This document shows, one piece after another, positions 7,951 to 16,918 of a stretch of DNA of 40,068 bases. The first letter of the stretch is position 1. The number at the start of each line of letters is the position of its first letter. The DNA is from a virus (Duplodnaviria > Heunggongvirae > Uroviricota > Caudoviricetes), in the IMG/VR virus record IMGVR_UViG_2778261349_000008, positions 1 through 40,068 of that record; one strand, written 5' to 3'. A program made the position numbers and the translations under genes. The notes under the pieces were generated by a model. That model saw nothing but the letters and a program-made list of their open reading frames with translations, did not search any database and had not been told where the DNA came from.

Positions 7951-8601
7951 TTATGGAAGGTTTGCTAGTTTTGCATCGACAACTACGCCGATGATTTTGC
8001 AGTTTCCGTTGATCTCGATCATCGGATATTGTGGGTTAAGTGGTTTTAGAAACTTCCTGCCTGCATCAATAACTAACTTCTTGAAAGTTGCCTCGTTTTC
8101 TCCTTCGAGCTTTGCAACTACAAGTTTCCCGTTACGCGGCTCTACTTCAGGATCGACGAGTATTATCATTCCTTCAGGGATACTGAGACCGGCTGGAGCC
8201 GTCATTGAGTCTCCCTTCACGTCCAACCAAAACGAATCTTCTGAACAGTCTACGGTTGTATCGTACCAGTTATCTATTGCACGCTTATGATATGGTTCTA
8301 CAGCTTCCATCCAGCATCCTGCGCTCACCCAGCTAATCAGAGGGAATGACCCTCTTGGATCATGCCTACTGTGATAGGCAATGTTTGAAAGACTTTCCTC
8401 TCCTTTCATCAGATAGTCAGGGGAACACTTCAACGCATTAGCCAGGGCGAGAAGGTTCTCTCCATTTGGCTCTGTCTCAGAGCGTTCCCACTGAGATATG
8501 GCAACATTAGACACGCCGACCATCTTTCCAAGTGCGGCCTGCCTGATCTTGAGTTCTTTTCTCCGAGCGCGAATGCGCTCTCCCATCAATTGAGTTTTCA
8601 T
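7951..8601 (-). CDS. c2: Phage repressor, LexA/S24-peptidase type (P22 C2-like)
   Basis: 216-aa ORF matching P22 C2 as I recall it along its whole length (MKTQLMGERIRARRKELKIRQAALGKMVGVSNVAISQWERSE...IIGVVVDAKLANLP); ATG with almost no leader, typical of PRM transcripts. Confidence 0.9.
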   Translation of the reverse strand: MKTQLMGERIRARRKELKIRQAALGKMVGVSNVAISQWERSETEPNGENLLALANALKCSPDYLMKGEESLSNIAYHSRHDPRGSFPLISWVSAGCWMEAVEPYHKRAIDNWYDTTVDCSEDSFWLDVKGDSMTAPAGLSIPEGMIILVDPEVEPRNGKLVVAKLEGENEATFKKLVIDAGRKFLKPLNPQYPMIEINGNCKIIGVVVDAKLANLP

Positions 8602-8667
8602 AGTTAAGACATCTTAAATAAACTTGACTTAAGATTCCTTTAGTGGATAATTTAAGTGTTCTTTAAT
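8602..8667. promoter_or_regulatory. OR operator cluster (three 18-bp sites; the cro-proximal site atttaagtgttctttaat matches P22 OR1 from memory) with PR/PRM
   Basis: agttaagacatcttaaat, acttaagattcctttagt and atttaagtgttctttaat lie between the divergent c2 and cro starts. Confidence 0.7.
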
Positions 8668-8681
8668 TTCGGAGCGAGTCT

Positions 8682-8867
8682 ATGTACAAGAAAGATGTTA
8701 TCGACCACTTCGGAACCCAGCGTGCTGTAGCTAAAGCGTTAGGCATTAGCGACGCAGCAGTCTCTCAGTGGAAGGAAGTCATCCCAGAGAAAGACGCCTA
8801 TCGACTGGAAGTCGTTACAGCTGGCGCCCTGAAGTATCAAGAAAGCGCTTACCGCAAAGCGGCATAA
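8682..8867 (+). CDS. cro: Cro repressor
   Basis: 61-aa ORF MYKKDVIDHFGTQRAVAKALGISDAAVSQWKE... matching P22 Cro from memory; GGAG RBS. Confidence 0.9.
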   Translation: MYKKDVIDHFGTQRAVAKALGISDAAVSQWKEVIPEKDAYRLEVVTAGALKYQESAYRKAA

Positions 8868-8883
8868 GCAAATTGCTCTTTAA

Positions 8884-8925
8884 CAGTCATGGTCCTCATT
8901 CCCGCCGAAATGCGGGAATACAACG
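8884..8925 (+). promoter_or_regulatory. nutR: boxA (GCTCTTTAACA) plus boxB hairpin (CCCGCCGAAATGCGGG)
   Basis: Same boxA and boxB as nutL, located between cro and c1. Confidence 0.7.
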
Positions 8926-8975
8926 CGCATAAGTTGATGCGCATAACTTCTTATTTGTTAAGGAAATACTTACAT

Positions 8976-9254
8976 ATGGAACTTACAAGTACTCGCAAGA
9001 AAGCGAATGCAATTACAAGCAACATCCTGAATCGAATTGCTGTACGTGGTCAGCGAAAGGTTGCTGATGCATTAGGGATCAATGAATCGCAAATTTCGCG
9101 ATGGAAAGACAGCTTTATCCCAAAGATGGCCATGCTTCTGGCTGTACTGGAGTGGGGTGTTGAAGACGAGGAGTTGGCGGAACTGGCTAAGAAAGTAGCC
9201 AGAATGCTGACAAAAGAAAAAGCCCCGAAGAACGGCGAATTCTTCGAGGCCTGA
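8976..9254 (+). CDS. c1: CII-like transcriptional activator (P22 C1-like)
   Basis: Internal ATG with AAGGA RBS gives a 92-aa protein MELTSTRKKANAITSNILNRIAVRGQRKVADALGINESQISRWK... resembling P22 C1; the upstream part of ORF 8889-9254 contains nutR and is not coding. Confidence 0.85.
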   Translation: MELTSTRKKANAITSNILNRIAVRGQRKVADALGINESQISRWKDSFIPKMAMLLAVLEWGVEDEELAELAKKVARMLTKEKAPKNGEFFEA

Positions 9255-9288
9255 TGTAGAAAGACTGGATCAATCCACAGGAGTCATT

Positions 9289-9450
9289 ATGACAAAACGT
9301 CGTAAGAAATACCAGGAAAAAGAAGAGATTCGACACCCTGATTCACCTGAGGGATTAGTGGTAGCCGCAGCAAATAACAGGGCGTTCGCAGAGCGCCTTG
9401 TTGGTGTTTACAGACTAGCCAAAGCAGGAGTGAAACATGGGCGTCGTTAA
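9289..9450 (+). CDS. Hypothetical small basic protein (53 aa) between c1 and the replication gene
   Basis: ATG with AGGAG RBS; stop overlaps the start of the O-like gene; translation MTKRRKKYQEKEEIRHPDSPEGLVVAAANNRAFAERLVGVYRLAKAGVKHGRR. Confidence 0.4.
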   Translation: MTKRRKKYQEKEEIRHPDSPEGLVVAAANNRAFAERLVGVYRLAKAGVKHGRR

Positions 9451-10327
9451 GTTAGCTGATTACAGGCATAACCCTGTACAACATCAGGAGGCATCCAGTA
9501 TGGGGTATGTCTCTATACACCGCCAGTTTATGGACAGCAGGCTCTATAAGGACTCTCAGGCAGTACATCTTTGGCTTCACTTAATCCTCAAGGCTAATCA
9601 CGAATCTACTGTCGTCAATACGGATATCGGGCCGATAACTGTTGATCGCGGTCAGATGATAACTGGACGCCCGTCGCTGGTCAGAGAAACATTCATCCCC
9701 GACAACAAAGTTCGGAGCTTATTGCGGACTTTTGAGTCGAAAGGGATGCTTAATATTTGCTCGATGGGGAAGAAATTTAGCCTGCTTACAATCGTTAAAT
9801 ATGACGATTTTCAGGCAAAAAATTGTCCAACGGTTGTCCAACGGTTGTCCAACGCAAACACCAGTAATGGCGCGGCTCTCAGCGGAGATTGTCCAACGGT
9901 TGTCCAACGGTTGTCCATAAACAATAATATAAATAATATCTCTAATACTGACGTATTAGAGAGTGCCACAGCAGACAAAAAGTCTGACAAGAAAAAACCT
10001 TCCGTTAGCTGTCAGGATGTTGTCGATGCTTACCACGAAATCCTTCCTGAAGCGCCAAGAATCCGCGCACTGAATGACAAGCGTAAAAACCAGATCCGAA
10101 CGTTCTGGCGCAAAGCCGGAGTGATAACCCGCCAGCTTGACGGGCATGGTTTCACGATGCAGGACTGGAGAAATTATTTGAGCTACGTAGGCGAAAATTG
10201 CCGATGGATGTTCGAAGAGCGCCCAAACCATCAGCGCGGAACCGTCTGGCACAAAAAGGGATTTGATTTCCTGCTTAACGATAATACCTACCTGAAAGTT
10301 CGTGAGGGTGAACACGATGACCGATAA
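9437..10327 (+). CDS. Replication initiation protein, lambda O-like (P22 gene 18 analogue), containing the origin iterons
   Basis: 296-aa ORF after c1 in the PR operon; AGGAG RBS; internal iteron arrays and an AT-rich stretch as in lambda ori inside O. Confidence 0.75.
   Translation: MGVVKLADYRHNPVQHQEASSMGYVSIHRQFMDSRLYKDSQAVHLWLHLILKANHESTVVNTDIGPITVDRGQMITGRPSLVRETFIPDNKVRSLLRTFESKGMLNICSMGKKFSLLTIVKYDDFQAKNCPTVVQRLSNANTSNGAALSGDCPTVVQRLSINNNINNISNTDVLESATADKKSDKKKPSVSCQDVVDAYHEILPEAPRIRALNDKRKNQIRTFWRKAGVITRQLDGHGFTMQDWRNYLSYVGENCRWMFEERPNHQRGTVWHKKGFDFLLNDNTYLKVREGEHDDR
9823..9921. repeat. Putative replication origin: two clusters of three 11-bp direct repeats (TTGTCCAACGG) followed by an AT-rich segment
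   Basis: ttgtccaacgg x3 at about 9823-9855 and x3 at about 9889-9921 (last copies degenerate), then aacaataatataaataatatctctaatac. Confidence 0.75.
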
Positions 10328-11753
10328 TTTTTATGCGCCGCCCCATAGCATCGAGGCAGAGCAGGCGGTGATTGGTGGATTGCTTCTGGATGATGACAGC
10401 AGTGAGCGCGTCCAGAAGGTTCTGGCGATGCTGAAGCCTGACTCATTTTACAGCCGGCCACACAAAATCCTTTTCGAAGAAATAACCAGAATGCACCGTG
10501 AGCAAAAGCCAGTAGATGGTCTGACGCTTTTCGATGAACTGGAGCGTAAATCGTTAACGGCGTCTGTTGGCGGTTTTGCTTATATCGCTGAGATCGCAAA
10601 GAACACGCCAAGCGCAGCAAACATCGTTGCCTATGCAATGCAGGTTCGTGAAACCGCAATGGAACGCTACGCCATCAACCGCATGACTGAAGCGACGGAA
10701 TTGCTCTATTCCCGCAACGGAATGACTGCAACGCAGAAGTACGAAGCTATTCAGGCGATTTTCACGCAACTGACAGACCATGCAAAAACCGGATCGCGTC
10801 GCGGCCTTCGCTCATTTGGTGAGGTCATGGAAGACTGGGTTAGCGACCTTGAGAAGCGATTTGACCCGTCAGGCGAACAACGAGGAATGAGCACAGGGAT
10901 CCCATCGCTGGACAGGATGCTGTCACCGAAAGGTCTGGTGAAAGGCTCTCTGTTTGTCATTGGCGCTCGCCCTAAGATGGGGAAAACGACGCTATACAGC
11001 CAGATGGCAATCAACTGCGCAGTGCATGAGAAAAAGCCCGCTCTGATGTTCAGCCTTGAAATGCCCGGTGACCAGATACTGGAAAAACTGGTAGGACAGA
11101 AGTCAGGTGTTAACCCGAATATTTTTTACCTTCCGGCGACAAATGACGCTGATGACGGCTATCAGGGTGATTACGATGGTGACTTCAACAGGGCGATCGA
11201 AACAGCCAATCGCTTGAGTGAAATCGACCTGCTTTACATCGACGACACGCCGGGATTATCTCTGGCTCAAATCGTCAGCGAAAGTCGTCGAATCAAGCGA
11301 GAAAAAGGATGTGTTGGCATGATTCTGGTCGATTACCTGACACTAATGACCGCTGAGAAGGCCGATCGCAACGACCTTGCTTACGGCATGATCACCAAAG
11401 GACTGAAGAACCTTGCCAAAGAGCTTGATTGTGTTGTTGTGCTTCTGACACAGCTTAACCGCGCACTGGAAAGCCGAACCAATAAACGCCCATTACCAAG
11501 TGACTCCCGAGATACAGGGCAGATTGAACAGGATTGCGATTATTGGGTTGGGATCCATCGTGAAGGTGCTTTTGATGACAGTGTTCCACCTGGTGAAACC
11601 GAACTAATCCTTCGTCTCAATCGTCATGGCAATACCGGCACGGTGTATTGCATTCAGGCAAATGGCGCTATTTATGACACAGACCAACAGTCTGCTGAAA
11701 TGCGCCGCCGTGAACGCGAGGAACCGCAATCCAAGAAGAAAGGAGGATTCTGA
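10317..11753 (+). CDS. Replicative DNA helicase, DnaB-like (P22 gene 12 analogue)
   Basis: DnaB N-terminal signature SIEAEQAVIGGLLLD and Walker A GARPKMGKTT; start taken at the internal ATG overlapping the end of the O-like gene. Confidence 0.85.
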   Translation: MTDNFYAPPHSIEAEQAVIGGLLLDDDSSERVQKVLAMLKPDSFYSRPHKILFEEITRMHREQKPVDGLTLFDELERKSLTASVGGFAYIAEIAKNTPSAANIVAYAMQVRETAMERYAINRMTEATELLYSRNGMTATQKYEAIQAIFTQLTDHAKTGSRRGLRSFGEVMEDWVSDLEKRFDPSGEQRGMSTGIPSLDRMLSPKGLVKGSLFVIGARPKMGKTTLYSQMAINCAVHEKKPALMFSLEMPGDQILEKLVGQKSGVNPNIFYLPATNDADDGYQGDYDGDFNRAIETANRLSEIDLLYIDDTPGLSLAQIVSESRRIKREKGCVGMILVDYLTLMTAEKADRNDLAYGMITKGLKNLAKELDCVVVLLTQLNRALESRTNKRPLPSDSRDTGQIEQDCDYWVGIHREGAFDDSVPPGETELILRLNRHGNTGTVYCIQANGAIYDTDQQSAEMRRREREEPQSKKKGGF

Positions 11754-11781
11754 TGACCATCTACATCACTGAGCTAATAAC

Positions 11782-11814
11782 AGGCCTGCTGGTAATCGCA
11801 GGCCTTTTTATTTG
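11782..11814 (+). terminator. Rho-independent terminator between the helicase gene and ninB (tR2-like)
   Basis: AGGCCTGC...GCAGGCCT 8-bp stem followed by TTTTTATTT. Confidence 0.65.
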
Positions 11815-11829
11815 GGGGAGAGGGAAGTC

Positions 11830-12270
11830 ATGAAAAAACTAACCTTTGAAATTCGATCTCCAGCACATCAGCAAAACGCTATTCACGCGGTACAGCAAAT
11901 TCTTCCAGACCCAACCAAACCAATCGTAGTAACCATTCAGGAACGCAACCGCAGCTTAGACCAGAATCGAAAGCTTTGGGCTTGCCTTGGTGACGTCTCT
12001 CGTCAGGTTGAATGGCATGGTCGCTGGCTGGATGCAGAAAGCTGGAAGTGTGTGTTTACCGCAGCATTAAAGCAGCAGGATGTTGTTCCTAACCTTGCCG
12101 GGAATGGCTTTGTGGTAATAGGCCAGTCAACCAGCAGGATGCGTGTAAGCGAATTTGCGGAGTTATTAGAGCTTATACAGGCATTCGGTACAGAGCGTGG
12201 CGTTAAGTGGTCAGACGAAGCGCGACTGGCTCTGGAGTGGAAAGCGAGATGGGGAGATAAAGCTGCATGA
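11830..12270 (+). CDS. ninB: NinB recombination protein
   Basis: MKKLTFEIRSPAHQQNAIHAVQQILPDPTKPIVVTIQERNRSLDQNRKLW... matches lambda NinB from memory. Confidence 0.9.
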   Translation: MKKLTFEIRSPAHQQNAIHAVQQILPDPTKPIVVTIQERNRSLDQNRKLWACLGDVSRQVEWHGRWLDAESWKCVFTAALKQQDVVPNLAGNGFVVIGQSTSRMRVSEFAELLELIQAFGTERGVKWSDEARLALEWKARWGDKAA

Positions 12271-12857
12271 ACAAATACCGACTTATTTACGCAGATCCGC
12301 CTTGGCAATATCGCGACAAAGCCAACGATGGCAATCGCGGTGCTGGACATAAATACGATGTTATGAATGTTCAGGACATTTGCCGACTGCCAGTATGGGA
12401 TTTAGCGGATCCAGAATCTTGCTTGTTAGCGATGTGGTGGGTGCCGACACAGCCAGCCGAAGCGCTAAAGGTAATTGAGGCGTGGGGATTCAGGTTGATG
12501 ACTATGAAAGGCTTTACTTGGCACAAAACCAATAAGCACAAAGGCAACAGTGCGATCGGAATGGGGCATATGACCCGGGCAAATAGCGAGGATTGCTTGT
12601 TTGCCGTTCGAGGGCGGTTGCCTGAGAGAATGGACGCTTCAATATGCCAGCACTTTACCGCACCGAGAATGGAGCACAGTGCAAAACCACCGATCGTAAG
12701 AGACATGTTAGCTAAGTTGCTTGGCGACGTGCCGCGCTGTGAGTTATTTAGCCGCGACAAAGTGACCGGGTGGGATATGTGGGGAAATCAGTGCGACTCC
12801 GATTTTGAACTTGCTCCCGGCATGGCGATTAAACCATGCAAAATGGTGATCGCATGA
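12267..12857 (+). CDS. DNA N6-adenine methyltransferase, MT-A70 (Dam-like) family
   Basis: 196-aa ORF with the catalytic DPPW motif near the N-terminus ([10 protein letters not shown]). Confidence 0.8.
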   Translation: MNKYRLIYADPPWQYRDKANDGNRGAGHKYDVMNVQDICRLPVWDLADPESCLLAMWWVPTQPAEALKVIEAWGFRLMTMKGFTWHKTNKHKGNSAIGMGHMTRANSEDCLFAVRGRLPERMDASICQHFTAPRMEHSAKPPIVRDMLAKLLGDVPRCELFSRDKVTGWDMWGNQCDSDFELAPGMAIKPCKMVIA

Positions 12858-13105
12858 AGCACTGTTATCGATGTGGAGAGCGAAAGGAAGACGATCGCTT
12901 TCGACCAGGACAGCCTTACTGGAATCGATGGTGTCTCCGGTGTGAAAGAACACCAACAGGGGTGTTACCACTACCGCAGGAAAAGGAGGACGTATGGCGA
13001 GACAGCGACGAAGTTTCACCGACATCATCTGCGAAAACTGCAAATACCTTCCAACGAAACGCTCCAGAAATAAACGCAAGCCAATCCCAAAAGAATCTGA
13101 CGTAA
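12854..13105 (+). CDS. Cys-rich nin-region protein (Zn-finger-like)
   Basis: ATG overlaps the methyltransferase stop (ATGA); [31 protein letters not shown] has CxxC...CxxC spacing; the alternative overlapping frame 12873-13073 was judged less likely. Confidence 0.5.
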   Translation: MKHCYRCGERKEDDRFRPGQPYWNRWCLRCERTPTGVLPLPQEKEDVWRDSDEVSPTSSAKTANTFQRNAPEINASQSQKNLT

Positions 13106-13172
13106 AAACCTTCAATTACACGGCTCACCTGTGGGATATCCGGTGGCTAAGACATCGTGCGAGGAAATGACA

Positions 13173-13532
13173 ATGGATTATTCACAGTTAAGTGATTTTG
13201 AAATTAACGTGGCGGTATTCGAAGCCATTCATAACGGATCACCGGATTACAAAGAAGGTGAGAATGGCGCGATGGTGTTTATCTCATTTGAGGGAGACAT
13301 TGTAAACGGAGACGCAGTTGAAGTAGAAGTTGAGCGCGGCTCCTTTAACCCATGCGCAAACCCAGCAGACGCATGGCCGATTATTGAAAAATACAGGATT
13401 AGCATTATCAATCTCGATGAAGACGAGTGGGGTGCACGCGGTGTGGCCTACTGTAAATCTAAGCGAGCTATACATGAAAATCCCCTCCGCGCCGCCATGA
13501 TTGTCTTTCTCATGATGCAGAGAATCCAATAA
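13173..13532 (+). CDS. NinX-like / DUF2591-family protein
   Basis: MDYSQLSDFEINVAVFEAIHNG... resembles nin-region NinX proteins from memory; start taken at the ATG following GAGGAA. Confidence 0.55.
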   Translation: MDYSQLSDFEINVAVFEAIHNGSPDYKEGENGAMVFISFEGDIVNGDAVEVEVERGSFNPCANPADAWPIIEKYRISIINLDEDEWGARGVAYCKSKRAIHENPLRAAMIVFLMMQRIQ

Positions 13533-13708
13533 TGCTTAGCCCATCCCAATCCATTCAATACCAGAAAGAAAGCGTCGAGCGAGCTTTAACGTGCGCTAAC
13601 TGCGGTCAGAAGCTGCATGTGCTGGAAGTTCACGTGTGTGAGCACTGCTGCGCAGAACTGATGAGCGATCCGAATAGCTCAATGTACGAGGAAGAAGACG
13701 ATGGCTAA
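13532..13708 (+). CDS. Small nin-region Zn-finger protein (NinD/NinE-like, 58 aa)
   Basis: ATG overlaps the upstream stop; translation [58 protein letters not shown]; below the ORF-track size cut-off. Confidence 0.5.
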   Translation: MLSPSQSIQYQKESVERALTCANCGQKLHVLEVHVCEHCCAELMSDPNSSMYEEEDDG

Positions 13709-14312
13709 ACCAGCGCGAAGACGATGTAAAAACGAAGAATGTCGGGAATGGTTTCACCCTGCATTCGCCAATCAGTGGTGGTGCTCTCCAGAGTGTGGAA
13801 CCAAGATAGCACTCGAACGACGAAGTAAAGAACGCAAAAAAGCGGAAAAAGCAGCAGAGAAGAAACGACGACGAGAGGAGCAGAAACAGAAAGATAAACT
13901 TAAGATTCGAAAACTCGCCTTAAAGCCCCGCAGTTACTGGATTAAACAAGCCCAACAAGCCGTAAACGCCTTCATCAGAGAAAGAGACCGCGACTTACCA
14001 TGTATCTCGTGCGGAACGCTCACGTCTGCTCAGTGGGATGCCGGACATTACCGGACAACTGCTGCGGCACCTCAACTCCGATTTGATGAACGCAATATTC
14101 ACAAGCAATGCGTGGTGTGCAACCAGCACAAAAGCGGAAATCTCGTTCCGTATCGCGTCGAACTGATTAATCGCATTGGGCAGGAAGCAGTAGACGAAAT
14201 CGAATCAAACCATAACCGCCATCGCTGGACTGTCGAAGAGTGCAGGGCCATCAAGGCGGAGTATCAGCAGAAACTCAAAGACCTGCGAAACAGCAGAAGT
14301 GAGGCCGCATGA
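13701..14312 (+). CDS. ninG: NinG (Rap) recombination protein
   Basis: [44 protein letters not shown]... matches lambda NinG from memory. Confidence 0.9.
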   Translation: MAKPARRRCKNEECREWFHPAFANQWWCSPECGTKIALERRSKERKKAEKAAEKKRRREEQKQKDKLKIRKLALKPRSYWIKQAQQAVNAFIRERDRDLPCISCGTLTSAQWDAGHYRTTAAAPQLRFDERNIHKQCVVCNQHKSGNLVPYRVELINRIGQEAVDEIESNHNRHRWTVEECRAIKAEYQQKLKDLRNSRSEAA

Positions 14313-14515
14313 CGTTCTCAGTAAAAACCATTCCAGACATGCTCGTTGAAGCATACGGAAACCAGACAGAAGTAGCACGCAGACTGAAATGTAGTCGCGG
14401 TACGGTCAGAAAATACGTTGATGATAAAGACGGGAAAATGCACGCCATCGTCAACGACGTTCTTATGGTTCATCGCGGATGGAGTGAAAGAGATGCGCTA
14501 TTACGAAAGAATTGA
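14309..14515 (+). CDS. ninH: NinH
   Basis: 68-aa [42 protein letters not shown]... matching lambda NinH from memory. Confidence 0.9.
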   Translation: MTFSVKTIPDMLVEAYGNQTEVARRLKCSRGTVRKYVDDKDGKMHAIVNDVLMVHRGWSERDALLRKN

Positions 14516-15164
14516 TGGCAGCAAATACCGAAATATTTGGGTAGTTGGCGATCTGCACGGATGCTACACGAACCTGATGAAAAAACTGGAGACGATAGGA
14601 TTCGACACCAAAAAAGACCTGCTTATCTCGGTGGGCGATTTGGTTGATCGCGGTACAGAGAACGTCGAATGTCTGGAATTAATCACATTCCCCTGGTTCC
14701 GAGCTGTACGTGGAAACCATGAGCAAATGATGATTGATGGCTTATCAGAGCGTGGAAACGTCAATCACTGGCTGTTTAATGGCGGTGGCTGGTTCTTTAA
14801 TCTCGATTACGACAAAGAAATTCTGGCTAAAGCTCTTGCCCATAAAGCAGATGAACTTCCGTTAATCATCGAACTGGTGAGCGAAGGTAAAAAATATGTC
14901 ATCTGCCACGCCGATTATCCCTGTGACGAATACGAGTTTGGAAAGCCAGTTGATCATCAGCAGGTAATCTGGAACCGCGAACGAATCAGCAACTCACAAG
15001 ACGGGATCGTGAAAGAAATCAAAGGAGCGGACACGTTCATCTTTGGTCATACGCCAGCAGTGAAACCACTCAAGTTTGCCAACCAGATGTATATCGATAC
15101 CGGCGCAGTGTTCTGCGGAAACCTCACATTGATTCAGGTACAGGGAGAAGGCGCATGGGCATAA
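14493..15164 (+). CDS. Ser/Thr protein phosphatase (lambda NinI-like metallophosphatase)
   Basis: Internal ATG with GGAG RBS; [28 protein letters not shown]...GNHE metallophosphatase motifs matching lambda phosphatase from memory. Confidence 0.9.
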   Translation: MRYYERIDGSKYRNIWVVGDLHGCYTNLMKKLETIGFDTKKDLLISVGDLVDRGTENVECLELITFPWFRAVRGNHEQMMIDGLSERGNVNHWLFNGGGWFFNLDYDKEILAKALAHKADELPLIIELVSEGKKYVICHADYPCDEYEFGKPVDHQQVIWNRERISNSQDGIVKEIKGADTFIFGHTPAVKPLKFANQMYIDTGAVFCGNLTLIQVQGEGAWA

Positions 15165-15673
15165 GAGAACTAAACCTCACCAAAGAGCAGCACGAGTGGC
15201 TGAATGGCTGGCTTGAACTGTGGGGAGCATGGGTTTATTCAGGTCGTCTGGAAAAGCGCATGAGCAGCGTAATAGCTAAGTTCATGGAGAGCGTAGAGCC
15301 GGGAAGAGTTATGACAAGGCCAATGTGTAATGATGATGATGGAATGTTGATTTCTCAGGTCGTCGATTCCGTCATGTACATTGACAAGAAAGCCTTTGGC
15401 ATCCTCCTCAGCTACTACGCTCATGGTTCATCTAAGCGAGCAATTGCATCCTACTATCACGCGACTGCAAAGCCACGCAAGATGTGTGGGCGTGGTGGCG
15501 AGGGATGGAGAAAACCTTCACTGGCAACCTGTAGAAACGAAATTGACGATATCCTGAAAGCGTCATTATTTGTTTTGTACCAACCAATGCAAAATGCTTT
15601 CAAAATGCGTAAACGTGTTGAGAAAGTTAAGCATATTGCTGTTAAAAGTCTTGACATGCAATTAGCCATTTAG
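15155..15673 (+). CDS. Late-gene antiterminator Q (P22 gene 23 family)
   Basis: 172-aa ORF at the end of the nin region; WGAW and CNDDDGMLI motifs resemble P22 gp23 as I recall it. Confidence 0.7.
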   Translation: MGIRELNLTKEQHEWLNGWLELWGAWVYSGRLEKRMSSVIAKFMESVEPGRVMTRPMCNDDDGMLISQVVDSVMYIDKKAFGILLSYYAHGSSKRAIASYYHATAKPRKMCGRGGEGWRKPSLATCRNEIDDILKASLFVLYQPMQNAFKMRKRVEKVKHIAVKSLDMQLAI

Positions 15674-15690
15674 CCATAATTAGAAGGTAA

Positions 15691-15732
15691 GCTGCCGTTA
15701 GTGACTCTTAAGTTGCAACGGTGGCTTTTTTT
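15691..15732 (+). terminator. Putative tR'-like terminator downstream of Q
   Basis: Imperfect stem (gctgccgtt...aacggtggc, with G-U pairs) followed by a T7 run. Confidence 0.4.
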
Positions 15733-15736
15733 ATTT

Positions 15737-15811
15737 GGGTCAGTCGTATAAAGGTCATTACGGAAGGCTGTTAACCTTCTTATCGTGGTTCGAGTCCACG
15801 CTGTCCCGCCA
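15737..15811 (+). tRNA. Phage-encoded tRNA candidate, anticodon GUU (Asn)
   Basis: Hand-folded cloverleaf: acceptor stem with one mismatch, GG in the D-loop, perfect 5-bp anticodon stem with loop cuGUUaa, T-arm cgtgg-TTCGAGT-ccacg, 3' CCA encoded. Confidence 0.5.
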
Positions 15812-15816
15812 AATAT

Positions 15817-15892
15817 GCTGGTTTATCTCCAATGGTAGAGCAGTCGCCTTGTAAGCGAATGGGTAGCGGTTCAAGTCCGTTAACCAGCACCA
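15817..15892 (+). tRNA. Phage-encoded tRNA candidate, anticodon UGU (Thr)
   Basis: Hand-folded cloverleaf: perfect 7-bp acceptor stem gctggtt/aaccagc, anticodon loop ctTGTaa, T-loop TTCAAGT, 3' CCA encoded. Confidence 0.55.
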
Positions 15893-16134
15893 TAACTGAG
15901 CCGTAGCCACTGGCTATCATGAATTCATCAGTGATAGTTACGCTGCGGCCTTCTACACATGACCTTCGTGAAAGCGGGTGGCAAGAGGTTGCGCTAACAA
16001 CCTCCTGCCGTTTTGCCCGTGCATATCGGTCACGAACAAATCTGATTACTAAACACAGTAGCCTGGATTTGTTCTATCAGTAATCGACCTTATTCCTAAT
16101 TAAATAGAGCAAATCCCCTTATTGGGGGTAAGAC

Positions 16135-16458
16135 ATGAAGATGCCAGAAAAACATGACCTGTTAGCCGCCATTCTCGCGGCAAAGGAACAAGGCATCGGG
16201 GCAATCCTTGCGTTTGCAATGGCGTACCTTCGCGGCAGATATAATGGCGGTGCGTTTACAAAAACAGTAATCGACGCAACGATGTGCGCCATTATCGCCT
16301 GGTTCATTCGTGACCTTCTCGACTTCGCCGGACTAAGTAGCAATCTCGCTTATATAACGAGCGTGTTCATCGGCTACATCGGTACTGACTCGATTGGTTC
16401 GCTTATCAAACGCTTCGCTGCTAAAAAAGCCGGAGTAGAAGATGGTGGAAATCAATAA
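16135..16458 (+). CDS. Holin (P22 gene 13-like)
   Basis: 107-aa membrane protein [34 protein letters not shown]... matching P22 holin from memory. Confidence 0.85.
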   Translation: MKMPEKHDLLAAILAAKEQGIGAILAFAMAYLRGRYNGGAFTKTVIDATMCAIIAWFIRDLLDFAGLSSNLAYITSVFIGYIGTDSIGSLIKRFAAKKAGVEDGGNQ

Positions 16459-16918
16459 TCAACGTAAGGCGTTCCTCGATATGCTGGCGTGGTCAGAGGG
16501 AACTGATAACGGACGACAGAAAACCAGAAATCATGGTTATGACGTCATTGTAGGCGGAGAGCTATTCACTGATTACTCCGATCACCCTCGCAAACTTGTC
16601 ACGCTAAACCCAAAACTCAAATCAACAGCAGCCGGACGTTACCAGCTTCTTTCCCGTTGGTGGGATGCCTATCGTAAGCAGCTTGGCCTGAAAGACTTCT
16701 CTCCGAAAAGTCAGGACGCTGTGGCACTGCAACAGATTAAAGAGCGTGGCGCTTTACCGATGATTGATCGCGGTGATATTCGTCAGGCTATCGACCGTTG
16801 CAGCAATATCTGGGCTTCACTTCCGGGGGCTGGTTATGGTCAGTTCGAGCATAAGGCTGACAGCCTGATTGCAAAATTCAAAGAAGCAGGCGGAACGGTC
16901 AGAGAGATTGAGGTATGA
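16442..16918 (+). CDS. R: Endolysin, lambda R-type lytic transglycosylase
   Basis: 158-aa [54 protein letters not shown]... matching lambda R from memory. Confidence 0.9.
   Translation: MVEINNQRKAFLDMLAWSEGTDNGRQKTRNHGYDVIVGGELFTDYSDHPRKLVTLNPKLKSTAAGRYQLLSRWWDAYRKQLGLKDFSPKSQDAVALQQIKERGALPMIDRGDIRQAIDRCSNIWASLPGAGYGQFEHKADSLIAKFKEAGGTVREIEV

Noticed and set aside
8889-8975. N-terminal extension of ORF 8889-9254
   Set aside because: The extension covers the nutR boxA/boxB; the real c1 start is the internal ATG with an RBS
9823-9921. Direct repeats considered as a CRISPR array
   Set aside because: Units are only 11 bp, tandem without spacers, inside a coding region and followed by an AT-rich stretch; this is an iteron origin, not CRISPR
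9719-10315. ORFs 9719-9907 (-), 9732-9920 (+) and 9956-10315 (-) inside the replication gene
   Set aside because: They overlap the iteron region or are antisense to the O-like gene; repeat sequence generates spurious frames
10288-11014. Antisense ORFs 10288-10659, 10554-10781 and 10751-11014 (-)
   Set aside because: All lie antisense within the DnaB-like helicase gene
12003-13128. ORFs 12003-12350 (-), 12371-12760 (-), 12744-13115 (-), 12873-13073 (+) and 12916-13128 (-)
   Set aside because: Antisense or alternative-frame ORFs within ninB, the methyltransferase and the Cys-rich gene, which are supported by homology or coupling
14418-14492. N-terminal extension of the phosphatase ORF (listed start 14418)
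   Set aside because: The lambda-phosphatase-like protein begins MRYYE at the internal ATG with an RBS; the extension overlaps ninH
15893-16134. Possible third tRNA or pseudo-tRNA downstream of the two tRNA candidates
   Set aside because: I could not fold any segment into a complete cloverleaf with a canonical T-loop; only isolated hairpins such as gaggttg...caacctc
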